This document shows, piece by piece, positions 31,151 to 41,389 of a DNA stretch of 64,000 bases. The stretch is taken from positions 128,001 through 192,000 of the forward strand of contig JBHLNF010000005.1 of assembly GCA_048937405.1 (NCBI GenBank). The letters run 5' to 3'. The position numbers were made by a program, and so were the translations under genes. This DNA comes from Promethearchaeota archaeon (GTDB lineage: Archaea; Asgardarchaeota; Lokiarchaeia; Sigyniarchaeales; SOKP01). Each line of letters starts with the position of its first letter. Position 1 is the first letter of the stretch. Under the pieces are notes generated by a model. It was given only the letters and a program-made list of their open reading frames with translations, was not told the origin of the DNA and made no database searches.

Positions 31151-32089
31151 TTACTCTTTCTGTCCAATAAAAAGAATGCTTTCCGAAATTAGGTGCTTTT
31201 CTAATAATTTCTGATATTCCTTATTTACATTTGTAAACCATATATTAATTTCTTTTTTGATTTGTGAATCTAATCCCTCATCCTTAATTAAAATAGGTTC
31301 TGACCACCCCATCTCTATACTTTTTTGAGGTTTCTTTAAAAATATCCAATTAAAATGATTCATAAGATTATAACATTGGAATCCTTTTATATTTCCTTTA
31401 AATCCTGCTTTTTCCATAACCATAGTGAGTGTTTTAGGTGAAAAATTAAATAAATGTGGTTCACGAAACCAAAAATCTAAATAATTATCAATTTTATATC
31501 CCGATATCAAGATATCTTGAATATTCGGAACTTCTACGACCAAATAGCCATCATCTCTAAGATATTTCTTATAAATCTTTAATGATTTAATTGGATCCTC
31601 AAAATGTTCAAGGACTTGATATAAAGTTATCATGTCATAATAGGCTAAAGGGAGCCCTGTTTTTTCAATCGAAGTTGAATATGTCTTAATTCCTAATTCA
31701 TTTTGCGTAAAATCTGCATCTTTCTGATTATATTCAATTCCTACACACTCTTTAACATATTCTTTTATAGTATATAAAAAATGTCCTGTGGAGCAACCTA
31801 CATCCAAAATTTTAATTTCAGGATGCAGTAAATGTTTAATTTCTTCTACTCTTGCCATTTGATAGGGTAATAGAAGTTCAAACATTTCCTTACATTTTAA
31901 TGGTTCTCCTAATATTGGTTTATAATTCTTTCTATAATCAGCAGCATAATAATCTTCTAAATCTTCAGAAGTTGGTTTTAAATAGTTTAACCCACAGTTT
32001 TGACATTCAAGTACTTTTCGTGGGATGTTATATCTAACTTTTTCCCTAACTATTTTAAGTTCTTCACTTCCACATAAATAGCATTTCAT
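31151..32089 (-). CDS. Class I SAM-dependent methyltransferase with N-terminal Zn ribbon
   Basis: CYLC...CQNCGL, ILDVGCSTG, QVLEH, EVPN, PHLFNF. ATG at 32089 (track starts at TTG 32101). Confidence 0.87.
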   Translation of the reverse strand: MKCYLCGSEELKIVREKVRYNIPRKVLECQNCGLNYLKPTSEDLEDYYAADYRKNYKPILGEPLKCKEMFELLLPYQMARVEEIKHLLHPEIKILDVGCSTGHFLYTIKEYVKECVGIEYNQKDADFTQNELGIKTYSTSIEKTGLPLAYYDMITLYQVLEHFEDPIKSLKIYKKYLRDDGYLVVEVPNIQDILISGYKIDNYLDFWFREPHLFNFSPKTLTMVMEKAGFKGNIKGFQCYNLMNHFNWIFLKKPQKSIEMGWSEPILIKDEGLDSQIKKEINIWFTNVNKEYQKLLEKHLISESILFIGQKE

Positions 32090-32435
32090 ATTTTTAATCA
32101 ATTAAGTACTTTTTAATACTCTTTTGTAATTTTAATATATTTAAGTTTCTATAGCGAAATTTTCCTAAATTTAAAAGATCTCTATTTTATTCTAATTTTA
32201 TATTATTTTTTGGGATATCTTCAATAAAGCTATTTTTAATTTTATATTATTTTATTTCAAATGGCCCATACAATTTATTTTTGTGTTGTACCCTAGAGTA
32301 AGATTATTTATAATTCAGTAGTATATTATGAGGGTGCTATTTAAAATATTCAAGGTTCCAATCAAAAAAAAGAAATATGAAATTTACTATAGAATATTAT
32401 AAGAATTCTTTTATGGGACTAATATTTGAATTAAT

Positions 32436-33209
32436 ATGAAGGTTATAATTCTAGCTGGTGGATGGGGAACTAGACTTGGTAATTTAACAGAACTTATACC
32501 AAAACCAATGGTTAACATTGGTACTAAACCAATATTATGGCATATCATGAAAATATACTCTTTTTATGGCTTTAATGATTTTATTATATGTTTAGGTGTA
32601 AAAGCTGATGTTATTAAAGATTACTTTTATCATTATAAAACAAAAATAAATGATTTTACAATAAATTTATCAAATGATAAGATTGAATTCTATAATAAAC
32701 AAGTTGAACAATGGAGAGTGACGCTTATTGATACGGGATTAAACACTTTAAAAGGAGGAAGAATTAAAAGAGTGGAAAAATATCTAGATCCTGGAATAAA
32801 TATGGTTACATATGGAGATGGTTTAGCTGACATTAATATTCTAGAACTGACAGAATTTCACAAATCGCATAAAAAATTATGTACAATAACAGGGGTTCAT
32901 AAACCTGCTCGGTTCGGAGAGTTAATAGAAAAAGACGGAATTGTCTATTCTTTTCGAGAGAAACCACATTCTTCACATGGGTTAATAAATGGTGGATTCA
33001 TGGTGTTCAATAATGAATTATTAGAGTATTTAACGACCGATGAAATCTGTGACCTTGAGAGAGGAGTACTTGACGAATTATCATTGAAAGGAGAAGTAAT
33101 GGTGTTTAAGCATAAAGGAAAATGGGAATGTATGGATCATGAGAGAGATGTTAACTATTTAAATAAGTTATGGAACTCAAATAAAGCATTCTGGAAGGTT
33201 TGGGAATGA
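32436..33209 (+). CDS. rfbF: Glucose-1-phosphate cytidylyltransferase
   Basis: ILAGGWGTRL, PKPMV, ILWHIMK, DTG...GGRIKR, TYGDG, INGGF. Confidence 0.93.
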   Translation: MKVIILAGGWGTRLGNLTELIPKPMVNIGTKPILWHIMKIYSFYGFNDFIICLGVKADVIKDYFYHYKTKINDFTINLSNDKIEFYNKQVEQWRVTLIDTGLNTLKGGRIKRVEKYLDPGINMVTYGDGLADINILELTEFHKSHKKLCTITGVHKPARFGELIEKDGIVYSFREKPHSSHGLINGGFMVFNNELLEYLTTDEICDLERGVLDELSLKGEVMVFKHKGKWECMDHERDVNYLNKLWNSNKAFWKVWE

Positions 33210-34282
33210 ATAATTTATATGGTACCTTTTTTCAAGATAAAATCATATTATTAACTGGACATACAGGATTTATCGGTTCATGGTTAACTATTCTATTAAA
33301 TGAGCTTGATGCGAAAGTAATAGGTTATGCTCTCCCGCCTCTTACTCAAAATGATAATTTTGTATTATCAAAGCTTGATCAGAAAATTGAGAGCAATATA
33401 GGTGATATTCGGGATTATAAAAAATTACTTAAAATAGTTGAGAAATCTCAACCAGATATAATATATCATCTTGCAGCTCAGCCTATTGTGAGAAAATCTT
33501 ATTCAATTCCAAAGGAGACCTATGATATAAACGTTGGAGGAACAATTAATATTATTGAAAGCTTTAAAAATTCTGAAACAGCAAAATGTTTGATAAATTT
33601 TACAACAGATAAATGTTATGAAAATTTAGAACAAAAAAGAGGGTATAAAGAAACAGACCGTCTGGGGGGATATGATCCTTATAGTTCAAGTAAAGCTTGC
33701 TCCGAATTGATTACATTAGCATATCGAAATTCCTTTTTTAATCCAGAGAATAGTAATAAAATTAAAAATATATCTTCTATTAGATGTGGGAATGTTTTTG
33801 GAGGGGGAGATTGGCAAGAAGATAGATTAATTCCCGATTTAATGAAAGCAATAAAACAAAAAATTGAGTTTAATGTCAGAAATCCTGAATCTATAAGACC
33901 ATGGCAATTTGTATTAGAAGCTTTACGCGGCCTTTTAACTCTTACAAAAAGAATGTGGAGTGGCGATACTAAATACTCCGGGGCATGGAATTTCGGTCCC
34001 GATGCAAAAAGCTTTTTAACGGTTAAAGAACTCGTTAAAAAGATTTTAAATTATTTAAATTTAAACAATTATTCTGTAAAGTATATTGCTGAAAGTGGAT
34101 TACATGAAACAAAAGTTTTATTGCTTAATACAGATAAAGCTAGGACACTTTTAGGATGGAAACCTGAACTAGATATAGACAATAGCATTAAACTGTTAAG
34201 TGACTGGTATATGGAAGAAGAAGTTGATTATAATTTTAATGTAAAACAAATTAAAAATTATTTTAAAATTATTACAAGTTAA
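33206..34282 (+). CDS. rfbG: CDP-glucose 4,6-dehydratase
   Basis: TGHTGFIGSWL, HLAAQPIVR, TTDKCY, DPYSSSK, GGGDW, RPWQ; ATGA overlap with rfbF stop. Confidence 0.92.
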   Translation: MNNLYGTFFQDKIILLTGHTGFIGSWLTILLNELDAKVIGYALPPLTQNDNFVLSKLDQKIESNIGDIRDYKKLLKIVEKSQPDIIYHLAAQPIVRKSYSIPKETYDINVGGTINIIESFKNSETAKCLINFTTDKCYENLEQKRGYKETDRLGGYDPYSSSKACSELITLAYRNSFFNPENSNKIKNISSIRCGNVFGGGDWQEDRLIPDLMKAIKQKIEFNVRNPESIRPWQFVLEALRGLLTLTKRMWSGDTKYSGAWNFGPDAKSFLTVKELVKKILNYLNLNNYSVKYIAESGLHETKVLLLNTDKARTLLGWKPELDIDNSIKLLSDWYMEEEVDYNFNVKQIKNYFKIITS

Positions 34283-34292
34283 ATTTAAATTC

Positions 34293-34844
34293 ATGAAAAT
34301 TAAAGAAACTAATTTAGATGGACTATACATTATTAAGCTTGAACCAATACAGGATGAGCGAGGCAGATTCCAAAGGATCTTTTGCAAAGATGAGTTGAAT
34401 AAAATAATCCTTAAGAAAAATATAGTTCAAATTAATCATTCTATAACCAAACAAAAAGGAACAGTTAGAGGTTTGCATTTTCAATTTCCCCCAAAAGCAG
34501 AAATAAAAATCATCACCTGCTTAAGGGGAAGCGTATTTGATGTCTCTGTGGACCTAAGAAAAAACTCCCCGACTTTTTTAAAATGGCATAGCGAAATCCT
34601 TTCATCAGATAATAAAAAAGTCTTCTTTATACCCGAAGGATATGCACACGGTTTCCAAACTCTGGAAGAAAATTCAGAATTATTATATCTTCATACTGAA
34701 TTTTATAGTCCTGAAAATGAAGGAGGGATTAGATATGATGATCCTAAAATAAATATTGAATGGCCAATAGAAATTACTTTAGTTTCAAAAAGAGATAAAC
34801 ATTTTAAACTATTAAATGAAAAATTTCAGGGGTTATCAATATGA
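34293..34844 (+). CDS. rfbC: NDP-4-keto-6-deoxyhexose 3,5-epimerase (RmlC family)
   Basis: DERG, QINHS, RGLHFQ, VDLR, IPEGYAHGFQTL. Confidence 0.88.
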   Translation: MKIKETNLDGLYIIKLEPIQDERGRFQRIFCKDELNKIILKKNIVQINHSITKQKGTVRGLHFQFPPKAEIKIITCLRGSVFDVSVDLRKNSPTFLKWHSEILSSDNKKVFFIPEGYAHGFQTLEENSELLYLHTEFYSPENEGGIRYDDPKINIEWPIEITLVSKRDKHFKLLNEKFQGLSI

Positions 34845-36067
34845 AATGCCGGTTTTGTAGTAAAGAATTACACTTCCAATTCATTGATCTTGTAAATTCT
34901 CCTCCATCAAATTCTTATCTAACTAAAGAAGAACTTAATGAGCCTGAAATTTTTTACCCTATTAAATTATTCGTATGTGACAATTGTTATTTAGTCCAAA
35001 TTGATGAATATAAAAAATCAAAAGAAATATTTAATGAAACATACGCATATTTTTCATCCTTCTCAAAAAGTTGGTTAGATCATTCAAAAGAATATGTAGA
35101 GATGATTATAGAACGATTTGGTTTTAATTCTTATACTTTTGTAATAGAGATTGCGTCAAATGATGGATATTTACTTCAATTTTTTAAAGAAAGAGAAATA
35201 CCATGCTTGGGTATTGAACCTTCCCCTAATACAGCAGCTATAGCGAAAAAGAAAGGGATTAATGTAATAGAAGATTATTTTGGGGTTGAACTGGCAGAAA
35301 GTCTCATTAAAACTCATAAAAAACCTGATTTATTAATAGGAAACAATGTTTTAGCTCATATCCCTGATATCAATGATTTTGTAAAAGGTCTAAAGATACT
35401 CTTAAGCGAAGAGGGAGTTATTACAATGGAATTTCCACATATTATGAAATTAATAGAAAATATACAATTTGATACGATATATCATGAACATTTTTCCTAT
35501 TTCTCTTTTTTAACTGTTAAATCGATATTTGAATATCATAATCTTGAAATTTTTGATGTTGATGAATTGTCTACTCATGGGGGTTCATTAAGGATATACG
35601 CTAAACATAAAAATGATCAAACTAAAGAAGTATCATCAAAAGTTTATCAACTCTATGATTTAGAGATTTCTAAAAAAATGAATACACTTGATTATTACAA
35701 AGGGTTTCAGGAAAAAGTTAATAAATTAAAATATGAATTTGTAGATTTTCTTATAGAAAAAAAAAAATTGGGAAAATTAGTTGCTGCGTATGGAGCTGCA
35801 GCTAAAGGAAACACACTTCTTAATTATTGCGGAGTTAAAAATGATTTAATTGAATTTGTATGCGATTTGTCTCCTTACAAGCAAGGTAAATATTTACCCG
35901 CGAGCCACATTCCAGTTTTTAGTGAAGAAAAAATCAAAGAAACGAAGCCAGATTATATAATTATTCTACCGTGGAATATTAAAACGGAGATCATGAAACA
36001 ACTAGCGTATATAAAAGACTGGGGAGGGAATTTCGTAATTCCAATACCTAAGGTGAAATTTTTATGA
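34841..36067 (+). CDS. NDP-sugar C-methyltransferase (NovU/TylC3-like)
   Basis: CRFC...CDNCYLVQ, EIASNDG, NNVLAH, YHEHFSYF, HGGSLR, YGAAAKG, ILPWN. Confidence 0.9.
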   Translation: MKCRFCSKELHFQFIDLVNSPPSNSYLTKEELNEPEIFYPIKLFVCDNCYLVQIDEYKKSKEIFNETYAYFSSFSKSWLDHSKEYVEMIIERFGFNSYTFVIEIASNDGYLLQFFKEREIPCLGIEPSPNTAAIAKKKGINVIEDYFGVELAESLIKTHKKPDLLIGNNVLAHIPDINDFVKGLKILLSEEGVITMEFPHIMKLIENIQFDTIYHEHFSYFSFLTVKSIFEYHNLEIFDVDELSTHGGSLRIYAKHKNDQTKEVSSKVYQLYDLEISKKMNTLDYYKGFQEKVNKLKYEFVDFLIEKKKLGKLVAAYGAAAKGNTLLNYCGVKNDLIEFVCDLSPYKQGKYLPASHIPVFSEEKIKETKPDYIIILPWNIKTEIMKQLAYIKDWGGNFVIPIPKVKFL

Positions 36068-36927
36068 AAATCCTTGTTACTGGAGCCACTGGATTTATTG
36101 GAAAGTATGTAATAAATGAATTATTAAAATTTAACCACCATAATATTATTGCTTCTGGTATAGAGAATAAAGAAGAGGTTAAAAAGTTCGATTGGTTCAA
36201 TGAAGTAGAATATCTAGTTTGTGATCTGAATGAACCTATGGAAAACTTCTTTACTTTTTTTAAAGAACCAGAACTATTAATCCATTTAGCTTGGCAAGGC
36301 TTACCCAATTATAAGGAATTATTTCATTTTGAAAAGAATGTTCCTTCTAATTATTATTTTATAAAAAATTTAATCAAAAATGGTTTAAAGGATATTTCTG
36401 TTATAGGTACTTGTTTAGAATATGGCATGATTGAAGGGAAATTATCAGAAGCAATGAAAACAAATCCAGTTACTCCCTATGGACTAGCTAAGGATACTCT
36501 TAGGAAATATCTTCAACAACTCAAAAACAAATATGAATTTAAATTTAGGTGGATTCGATTATTTTATATGTATGGTGAAGGTCAAAATCCCAATTCTATC
36601 ATTCCTCACCTTAATAAAGCATTAGATGCTAATAAAGAAGTTTTTAACATGTCTGGAGGAGAACAAATAAGAGATTATTTACCCATTGAAAAAGTGGCAG
36701 AATATATTGTAGAAATATCACTTCAGGAAAAAGTATTGGGAATAATCAATTGTTGTAATGGAGAACCTATCTCCATCAGAAAACTTGTAGAAAATATTCT
36801 AAAGAAAAGGAATAAAACCATAAAATTAAATTTAGGTTATTATCCTTATCCAGATTATGTTCCTATGTCTTTTTGGGGAGATAATTCTAAACTAAAACAA
36901 ATTATTGAAGGTAATAGGAAATTATAG
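36064..36927 (+). CDS. NAD-dependent epimerase/4-ketoreductase (extended SDR)
   Basis: VTGATGFIG, HLAW, GTCLEYG, YGLAK, RLFYMYG. Confidence 0.88.
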   Translation: MKILVTGATGFIGKYVINELLKFNHHNIIASGIENKEEVKKFDWFNEVEYLVCDLNEPMENFFTFFKEPELLIHLAWQGLPNYKELFHFEKNVPSNYYFIKNLIKNGLKDISVIGTCLEYGMIEGKLSEAMKTNPVTPYGLAKDTLRKYLQQLKNKYEFKFRWIRLFYMYGEGQNPNSIIPHLNKALDANKEVFNMSGGEQIRDYLPIEKVAEYIVEISLQEKVLGIINCCNGEPISIRKLVENILKKRNKTIKLNLGYYPYPDYVPMSFWGDNSKLKQIIEGNRKL

Positions 36928-37064
36928 AAAAATAAAAATATATTGCATAATAACAATTATTGAAAGTGATAACAAGATACATTTTCAAGATATTTAAAGA
37001 ATAAATAAGTTTAAACTGAAAAAATATTTTTTGTTAAAATATTGAGTGAGATCAAGGGGAGATT

Positions 37065-38105
37065 GTGGACAATTTAAAAGTTTTTAAAGGAAAGGAAGAT
37101 ATAAAAGTAAAAATTAAACCAAGAATAGATCTCAAAAATAGAACAAAGCTTGAGACTGTCATTCCTCTTAAGGTTCCGTTTATTATTTTTGTTGATCCTT
37201 CTGATTTATGCAATTTCAAATGTAAATTTTGTCCCTCTGGAGATATATTTTTAATGAAAGAGGTCGGTAGAAGTCTGAATACCATGGATTTCGATCTTTA
37301 CAAAAAAATAATTGATGATATTTGTGAATTCGAAAAACAAATTAAAGTTTTAAGGCTTTATAAGGATGGAGAACCTTTACTCAACCCTAGATTCGTCGAT
37401 ATGGTTAAATATGCCAGAAAAAAAAAATGTGCTGAAAGGATTGACACAACCACTAATGCTTCGCTTCTTAATCCTAAATTAAATCTGGAAATTATTGAAG
37501 CTGGACTTGATCGTATAAATATCTCAATTGAGGGCGTCAATGAAAAGCAATATCTTGAATTTTCAAATTTTAGAATCAAATTTGATAAATTTGTGAATAA
37601 TATTCGACACTTCTATGAAAATAAAAACGAAAATTGTGAAGTCATCATAAAAATCAATGGTGATACAATATCAGATGAAGATAAATTAAAATTTTATGAG
37701 ATTTTTGGAGATATCGCCGATGGTGTATTTATTGAACATATTATGTCTTGTTGGCCTGAATTTGAACTTAAGGATGTTGAAGTCAACCAAGAATATGGCA
37801 TATATGGACAAAAAATAAAAGAAGTCATGGTATGCCCTTATGTTTTTTATTCATTTTCTATCAATTCTGATGGCTCAGTTAGTGCATGTTTTCTTGATTG
37901 GTCGAGAAAACTAATCATCGGTGATGCTAGAAAGGAAAGTGTTAAAGATATTTGGAACGGAGAAAAGCTTTTGAAATATCAAAAAATGTTTTTAAGAAAA
38001 GAAAGAAAACAACATTCTGTATGTAAGAATTGCGGTCAATTATCGCATGGATTACCTGATAACATTGATGATTATGCGGAAATATTATTAGGTCGTTTAA
38101 AATAA
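37065..38105 (+). CDS. Radical SAM protein with SPASM/twitch domain
   Basis: CNFKCKFC, GEPLL, TTN, CPYVF...C...IW...CKNC; GTG start preceded by GGGGAG. Confidence 0.88.
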   Translation: MDNLKVFKGKEDIKVKIKPRIDLKNRTKLETVIPLKVPFIIFVDPSDLCNFKCKFCPSGDIFLMKEVGRSLNTMDFDLYKKIIDDICEFEKQIKVLRLYKDGEPLLNPRFVDMVKYARKKKCAERIDTTTNASLLNPKLNLEIIEAGLDRINISIEGVNEKQYLEFSNFRIKFDKFVNNIRHFYENKNENCEVIIKINGDTISDEDKLKFYEIFGDIADGVFIEHIMSCWPEFELKDVEVNQEYGIYGQKIKEVMVCPYVFYSFSINSDGSVSACFLDWSRKLIIGDARKESVKDIWNGEKLLKYQKMFLRKERKQHSVCKNCGQLSHGLPDNIDDYAEILLGRLK

Positions 38106-38106
38106 C

Positions 38107-39291
38107 ATGATCCCTGAAAAAGATTTAGAATTAAAACCGTATTCTGCGGTAAAAATTGAAATTAATACTCGAGAGGAAGCCAACACAGTTTTAGAAAGAA
38201 TATTAATGTCAGAAATTGTACTTTCACCGCGAAAAATAGATAAACCAGTAATTCTTTATGGTGCTGGAAGTCTGGGTAAAATAGCAAAGGATTTTTTCAA
38301 TTATTTAGATCATAATTTTTTGTATTTTGTTGATAGAAATTCTGAAACTATAAAAATGGATACAAACTGGATTAATACAAAAATTATCCATCCAGATGAA
38401 GTAAAAGAAGATGATAAAAATAATTGTCTTCTTATAATTTGCATTGTTACAACTCCACTGATTTCTTTACTTGAAGATCTAAAAAATCAAGGGTGGAAGG
38501 ATATTTCTTTTTTCTATGATATATCTGAAGCCTACACTGATCAATATCCACTAACTAATGGCTGGTTTTTAAATAAACCAAATGAAAAAGAATTTAATGA
38601 CTATAAAAAAATATTTTTAATGTTAGATGATGTTTCACGTATGCATTATCTCCAATTTTTCGCTTGGCGGAGGTTAAGAATCGAACTCTTAATAAATAAT
38701 TTCCAATTAATGAATAATAGATATTTTATTCCAGAACTTATAAATTTATTAGATGAGAATGAAGTTTTTGTAGATTGTGGAGCTTTCAATGGCACTATTT
38801 CGAAAAAATTTATAGAAATAACTCATGGAAAATATAATCATATATATGCAATTGAAGCAGATATAAAAAATTATGAATTGCTTGAAAAATCTTTAAAATC
38901 CATTCCAAATGTGATAATCTTGAATTGTGCTATAGGAGATAAAGAAGGAATAGAGAATTTTTATCAAGGATTTGATTACGCTTCAAAAGTAAATAAAAAA
39001 GGAAATAGTACCGTCAAAATTACAACATTAGACAATTTAAAAATCCCTGCATCTTTCATTAAAATGCATTTGGAAGGTGGAGAACTCTCTGCATTAATAG
39101 GTGCCAAATCAACGATAAGGAAACATCGTCCAATTTTAGCAATAACAATTTATCATAATATCTTTGGAGTAAGAGAAATACCCCTTTTTTTAATGAGCTG
39201 TGTTAAAAATTATAAATATTTTATGAGATTGGATGCTTGGGCAGGAACAGGGGCAGTCTTTTATGCGATTCCAAAAGAAAGATATAATTAG
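38107..39291 (+). CDS. FkbM family methyltransferase with N-terminal Rossmann-like domain
   Basis: LYGAG; VDCGAFNG, IEAD, IKMHLEGGE, LAITIYH. Confidence 0.85.
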   Translation: MIPEKDLELKPYSAVKIEINTREEANTVLERILMSEIVLSPRKIDKPVILYGAGSLGKIAKDFFNYLDHNFLYFVDRNSETIKMDTNWINTKIIHPDEVKEDDKNNCLLIICIVTTPLISLLEDLKNQGWKDISFFYDISEAYTDQYPLTNGWFLNKPNEKEFNDYKKIFLMLDDVSRMHYLQFFAWRRLRIELLINNFQLMNNRYFIPELINLLDENEVFVDCGAFNGTISKKFIEITHGKYNHIYAIEADIKNYELLEKSLKSIPNVIILNCAIGDKEGIENFYQGFDYASKVNKKGNSTVKITTLDNLKIPASFIKMHLEGGELSALIGAKSTIRKHRPILAITIYHNIFGVREIPLFLMSCVKNYKYFMRLDAWAGTGAVFYAIPKERYN

Positions 39292-39296
39292 GAGGG
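39291..39296 (+). promoter_or_regulatory. Shine-Dalgarno (GGAGGG)
   Basis: 7 nt before ATG 39304, overlapping the upstream TAG. Confidence 0.6.
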
Positions 39297-39303
39297 TTTT
39301 ATA

Positions 39304-40044
39304 ATGAATAATGAAATTATTTTTGATTTAGGTTTCCATAATGGCGATGATACAAATTTTTATCTTAAAAAAGGATTTAAAGTTGTTGCACTTGAAGCAA
39401 ATCAAGAATTAGTAAAACGAGGATTAGAAAGATTTTACGATTATATTGATGAAAAACGCTTAATATTAATTAATAAAGCTATATCCGATAAAATAGGGAT
39501 GATTAATTTTTATATACATCCTAAAAAATCTGATTGGAGTAGTTGTGACCAGAAGATGGCAGAGAGTGATGGCACGAAATCAAAAGTAATCTCAGTAGAA
39601 TCAGTGTCGCTTATAGACCTATGTAAAGAATTTGGGACTCCTAGATATATTAAAGTTGATGTTGAGGGATGTGAAATAATGGTTGCTAAGCAACTTTTTA
39701 GCTTAAACGTTAAACCTCAATTTATTTCTTTTGAGACTTCAAAAACTAATTATGCTGGGATTTTCTCATGGTTGTATGTATCTGGGTATAAAAGATTTCA
39801 ATTAGTCAACCAATTAATTCATTTAAATCGCAAACCCGAAGACAATCAAAATCAAACTGAAGGAAAAAAGTTAGAGTTTCAATTTTCGAAATATTCATCA
39901 GGATTTTTTGGTAATGATTTGCCTAAAGATAAATGGCTTAGATATGATGAAGCTTTAACTCGTTATATAAAATATAAAGAATTAAAATATCTTGATAATC
40001 AGGAATTAGCATTAGGCTGGTTAGATGTGCATGCAAGCTTATAA
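39304..40044 (+). CDS. FkbM family methyltransferase
   Basis: IFDLGFHNGDDT, LEAN, YIKVDVEG, ISFE. Confidence 0.85.
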   Translation: MNNEIIFDLGFHNGDDTNFYLKKGFKVVALEANQELVKRGLERFYDYIDEKRLILINKAISDKIGMINFYIHPKKSDWSSCDQKMAESDGTKSKVISVESVSLIDLCKEFGTPRYIKVDVEGCEIMVAKQLFSLNVKPQFISFETSKTNYAGIFSWLYVSGYKRFQLVNQLIHLNRKPEDNQNQTEGKKLEFQFSKYSSGFFGNDLPKDKWLRYDEALTRYIKYKELKYLDNQELALGWLDVHASL

Positions 40045-41389
40045 AAGCAATAAAAAAAAAATTCTACACATAACTGCCCATCTAGGTGGTGGTGTTGGAA
40101 GGGTTGTTTTAAGTTATCTTATTAGGAATAAACAAGATCCGTTATTTGAGCATGAAGTAGCATGTCTGGATTATGCGAATGATTATGCTGTTGATGTATC
40201 TAAAAATTTTGGTTTATTAATACTTGAAAAGATGTCAGAAAGAAAAAAATTATTACTTGAAAAAACAGCAGATTCAGATATAGTACTTATTCATTGGTGG
40301 AATCACCCACTTCTTTTTGATTTTTTAGTACGTGAAGAATTACCACCAAGTCGAGTAATTATGTGGAGTCATATCTCAGGTTTCCATTCTCCAAATGTTT
40401 TTACAGATAAAGTTCTGAGATACCCGGATATCTTTGTTTTTACTACTCCCTTAAGCTATAAAACAAAAGAAGTGCAAAATCTATCTAAAAACATAAAAAA
40501 AAAATTACGTGTTGTCTGGTCTACAGGAGGTGTAGAAAATTTCAGTTCTATTAAACTAGAAAATCATAATGGGTTTAATATTGGATATATTGGAACTGTA
40601 GATTATTCTAAAATGCACCCAGACTTTTTAAATATGTGTAAAGGGATTGAGATTCCAGATGCTAAGTTTATAGTTGTAGGAGGTCCAAAAGAGAAGGAGC
40701 TAGAACAAGAAGCGAAAAATATGGGCATCTTGGAGAAGTTCACATTTACTGGACATGTACCAGATTTAACAAAATATTATTCAATACTCGATGTCTTTGG
40801 TTATCCACTCGCACCATATCATTATGGAACCTGTGATCAAGTCCTACAGATGAGTATGGCAGTGGGTATCGTTCCAGTTGTGTTTTCCAATCCAATGGAA
40901 AGCTATATGGTTAAAGATGGAATAACTGGGATTATTGCAAAGAATAAAGTGGAATATATTGAAGGAATAAAAAAATTATATCGAGACCAAAACTTAAGAA
41001 CCACTTTATCGAAGAATGCGAAACAATATGCTAAACAAGCATTTACATTAGAAAAAATGTCAAATGCATGGAAGAGCGTTTTTCTAGATGTCTTAAAATT
41101 CCCAAAAACTAATAAAAAATGGACAAATAGTAAATTAGTTTCAGATTTAACTCCTATGGATGTTTTTCTAGAAGCACTTGGAAAACATGGAGTAGATTTT
41201 ATTTCTTACTATAATGCAAAAGATGGAGAAGACAGAAGAAAAGCAACAAAAAAAATTAAAAACTTATCCAAATCGCCTGCTTGGCAAGCAAAAACAAAAG
41301 GTACCGTTCAACATTATTGTACATTCTTTCCAAATGATAATAATCTTTCAGTTTTGAGTAAAATTTTTAATGAAAGTGAGGAAAATTGA
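40025..41389 (+). CDS. Glycosyltransferase, GT4-like
   Basis: HLGGGVG, HWWNHP, GYIGT, VFGYPL; the E-x7-E region is atypical. Start uncertain (GTG 40025 or ATG 40031). Confidence 0.78.
   Translation: MCMQAYKSNKKKILHITAHLGGGVGRVVLSYLIRNKQDPLFEHEVACLDYANDYAVDVSKNFGLLILEKMSERKKLLLEKTADSDIVLIHWWNHPLLFDFLVREELPPSRVIMWSHISGFHSPNVFTDKVLRYPDIFVFTTPLSYKTKEVQNLSKNIKKKLRVVWSTGGVENFSSIKLENHNGFNIGYIGTVDYSKMHPDFLNMCKGIEIPDAKFIVVGGPKEKELEQEAKNMGILEKFTFTGHVPDLTKYYSILDVFGYPLAPYHYGTCDQVLQMSMAVGIVPVVFSNPMESYMVKDGITGIIAKNKVEYIEGIKKLYRDQNLRTTLSKNAKQYAKQAFTLEKMSNAWKSVFLDVLKFPKTNKKWTNSKLVSDLTPMDVFLEALGKHGVDFISYYNAKDGEDRRKATKKIKNLSKSPAWQAKTKGTVQHYCTFFPNDNNLSVLSKIFNESEEN

Noticed and set aside
31098-32101. Two adjacent genes both translated as starting MIKNMK
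   Set aside because: Short A-rich match around the likely true ATG (MK...); not distinguishable from composition.
32288-32337. Weak inverted repeat GTACCCT...AGGGTGC in the divergent intergenic region
   Set aside because: Only a 5-6 bp match, no second copy seen.
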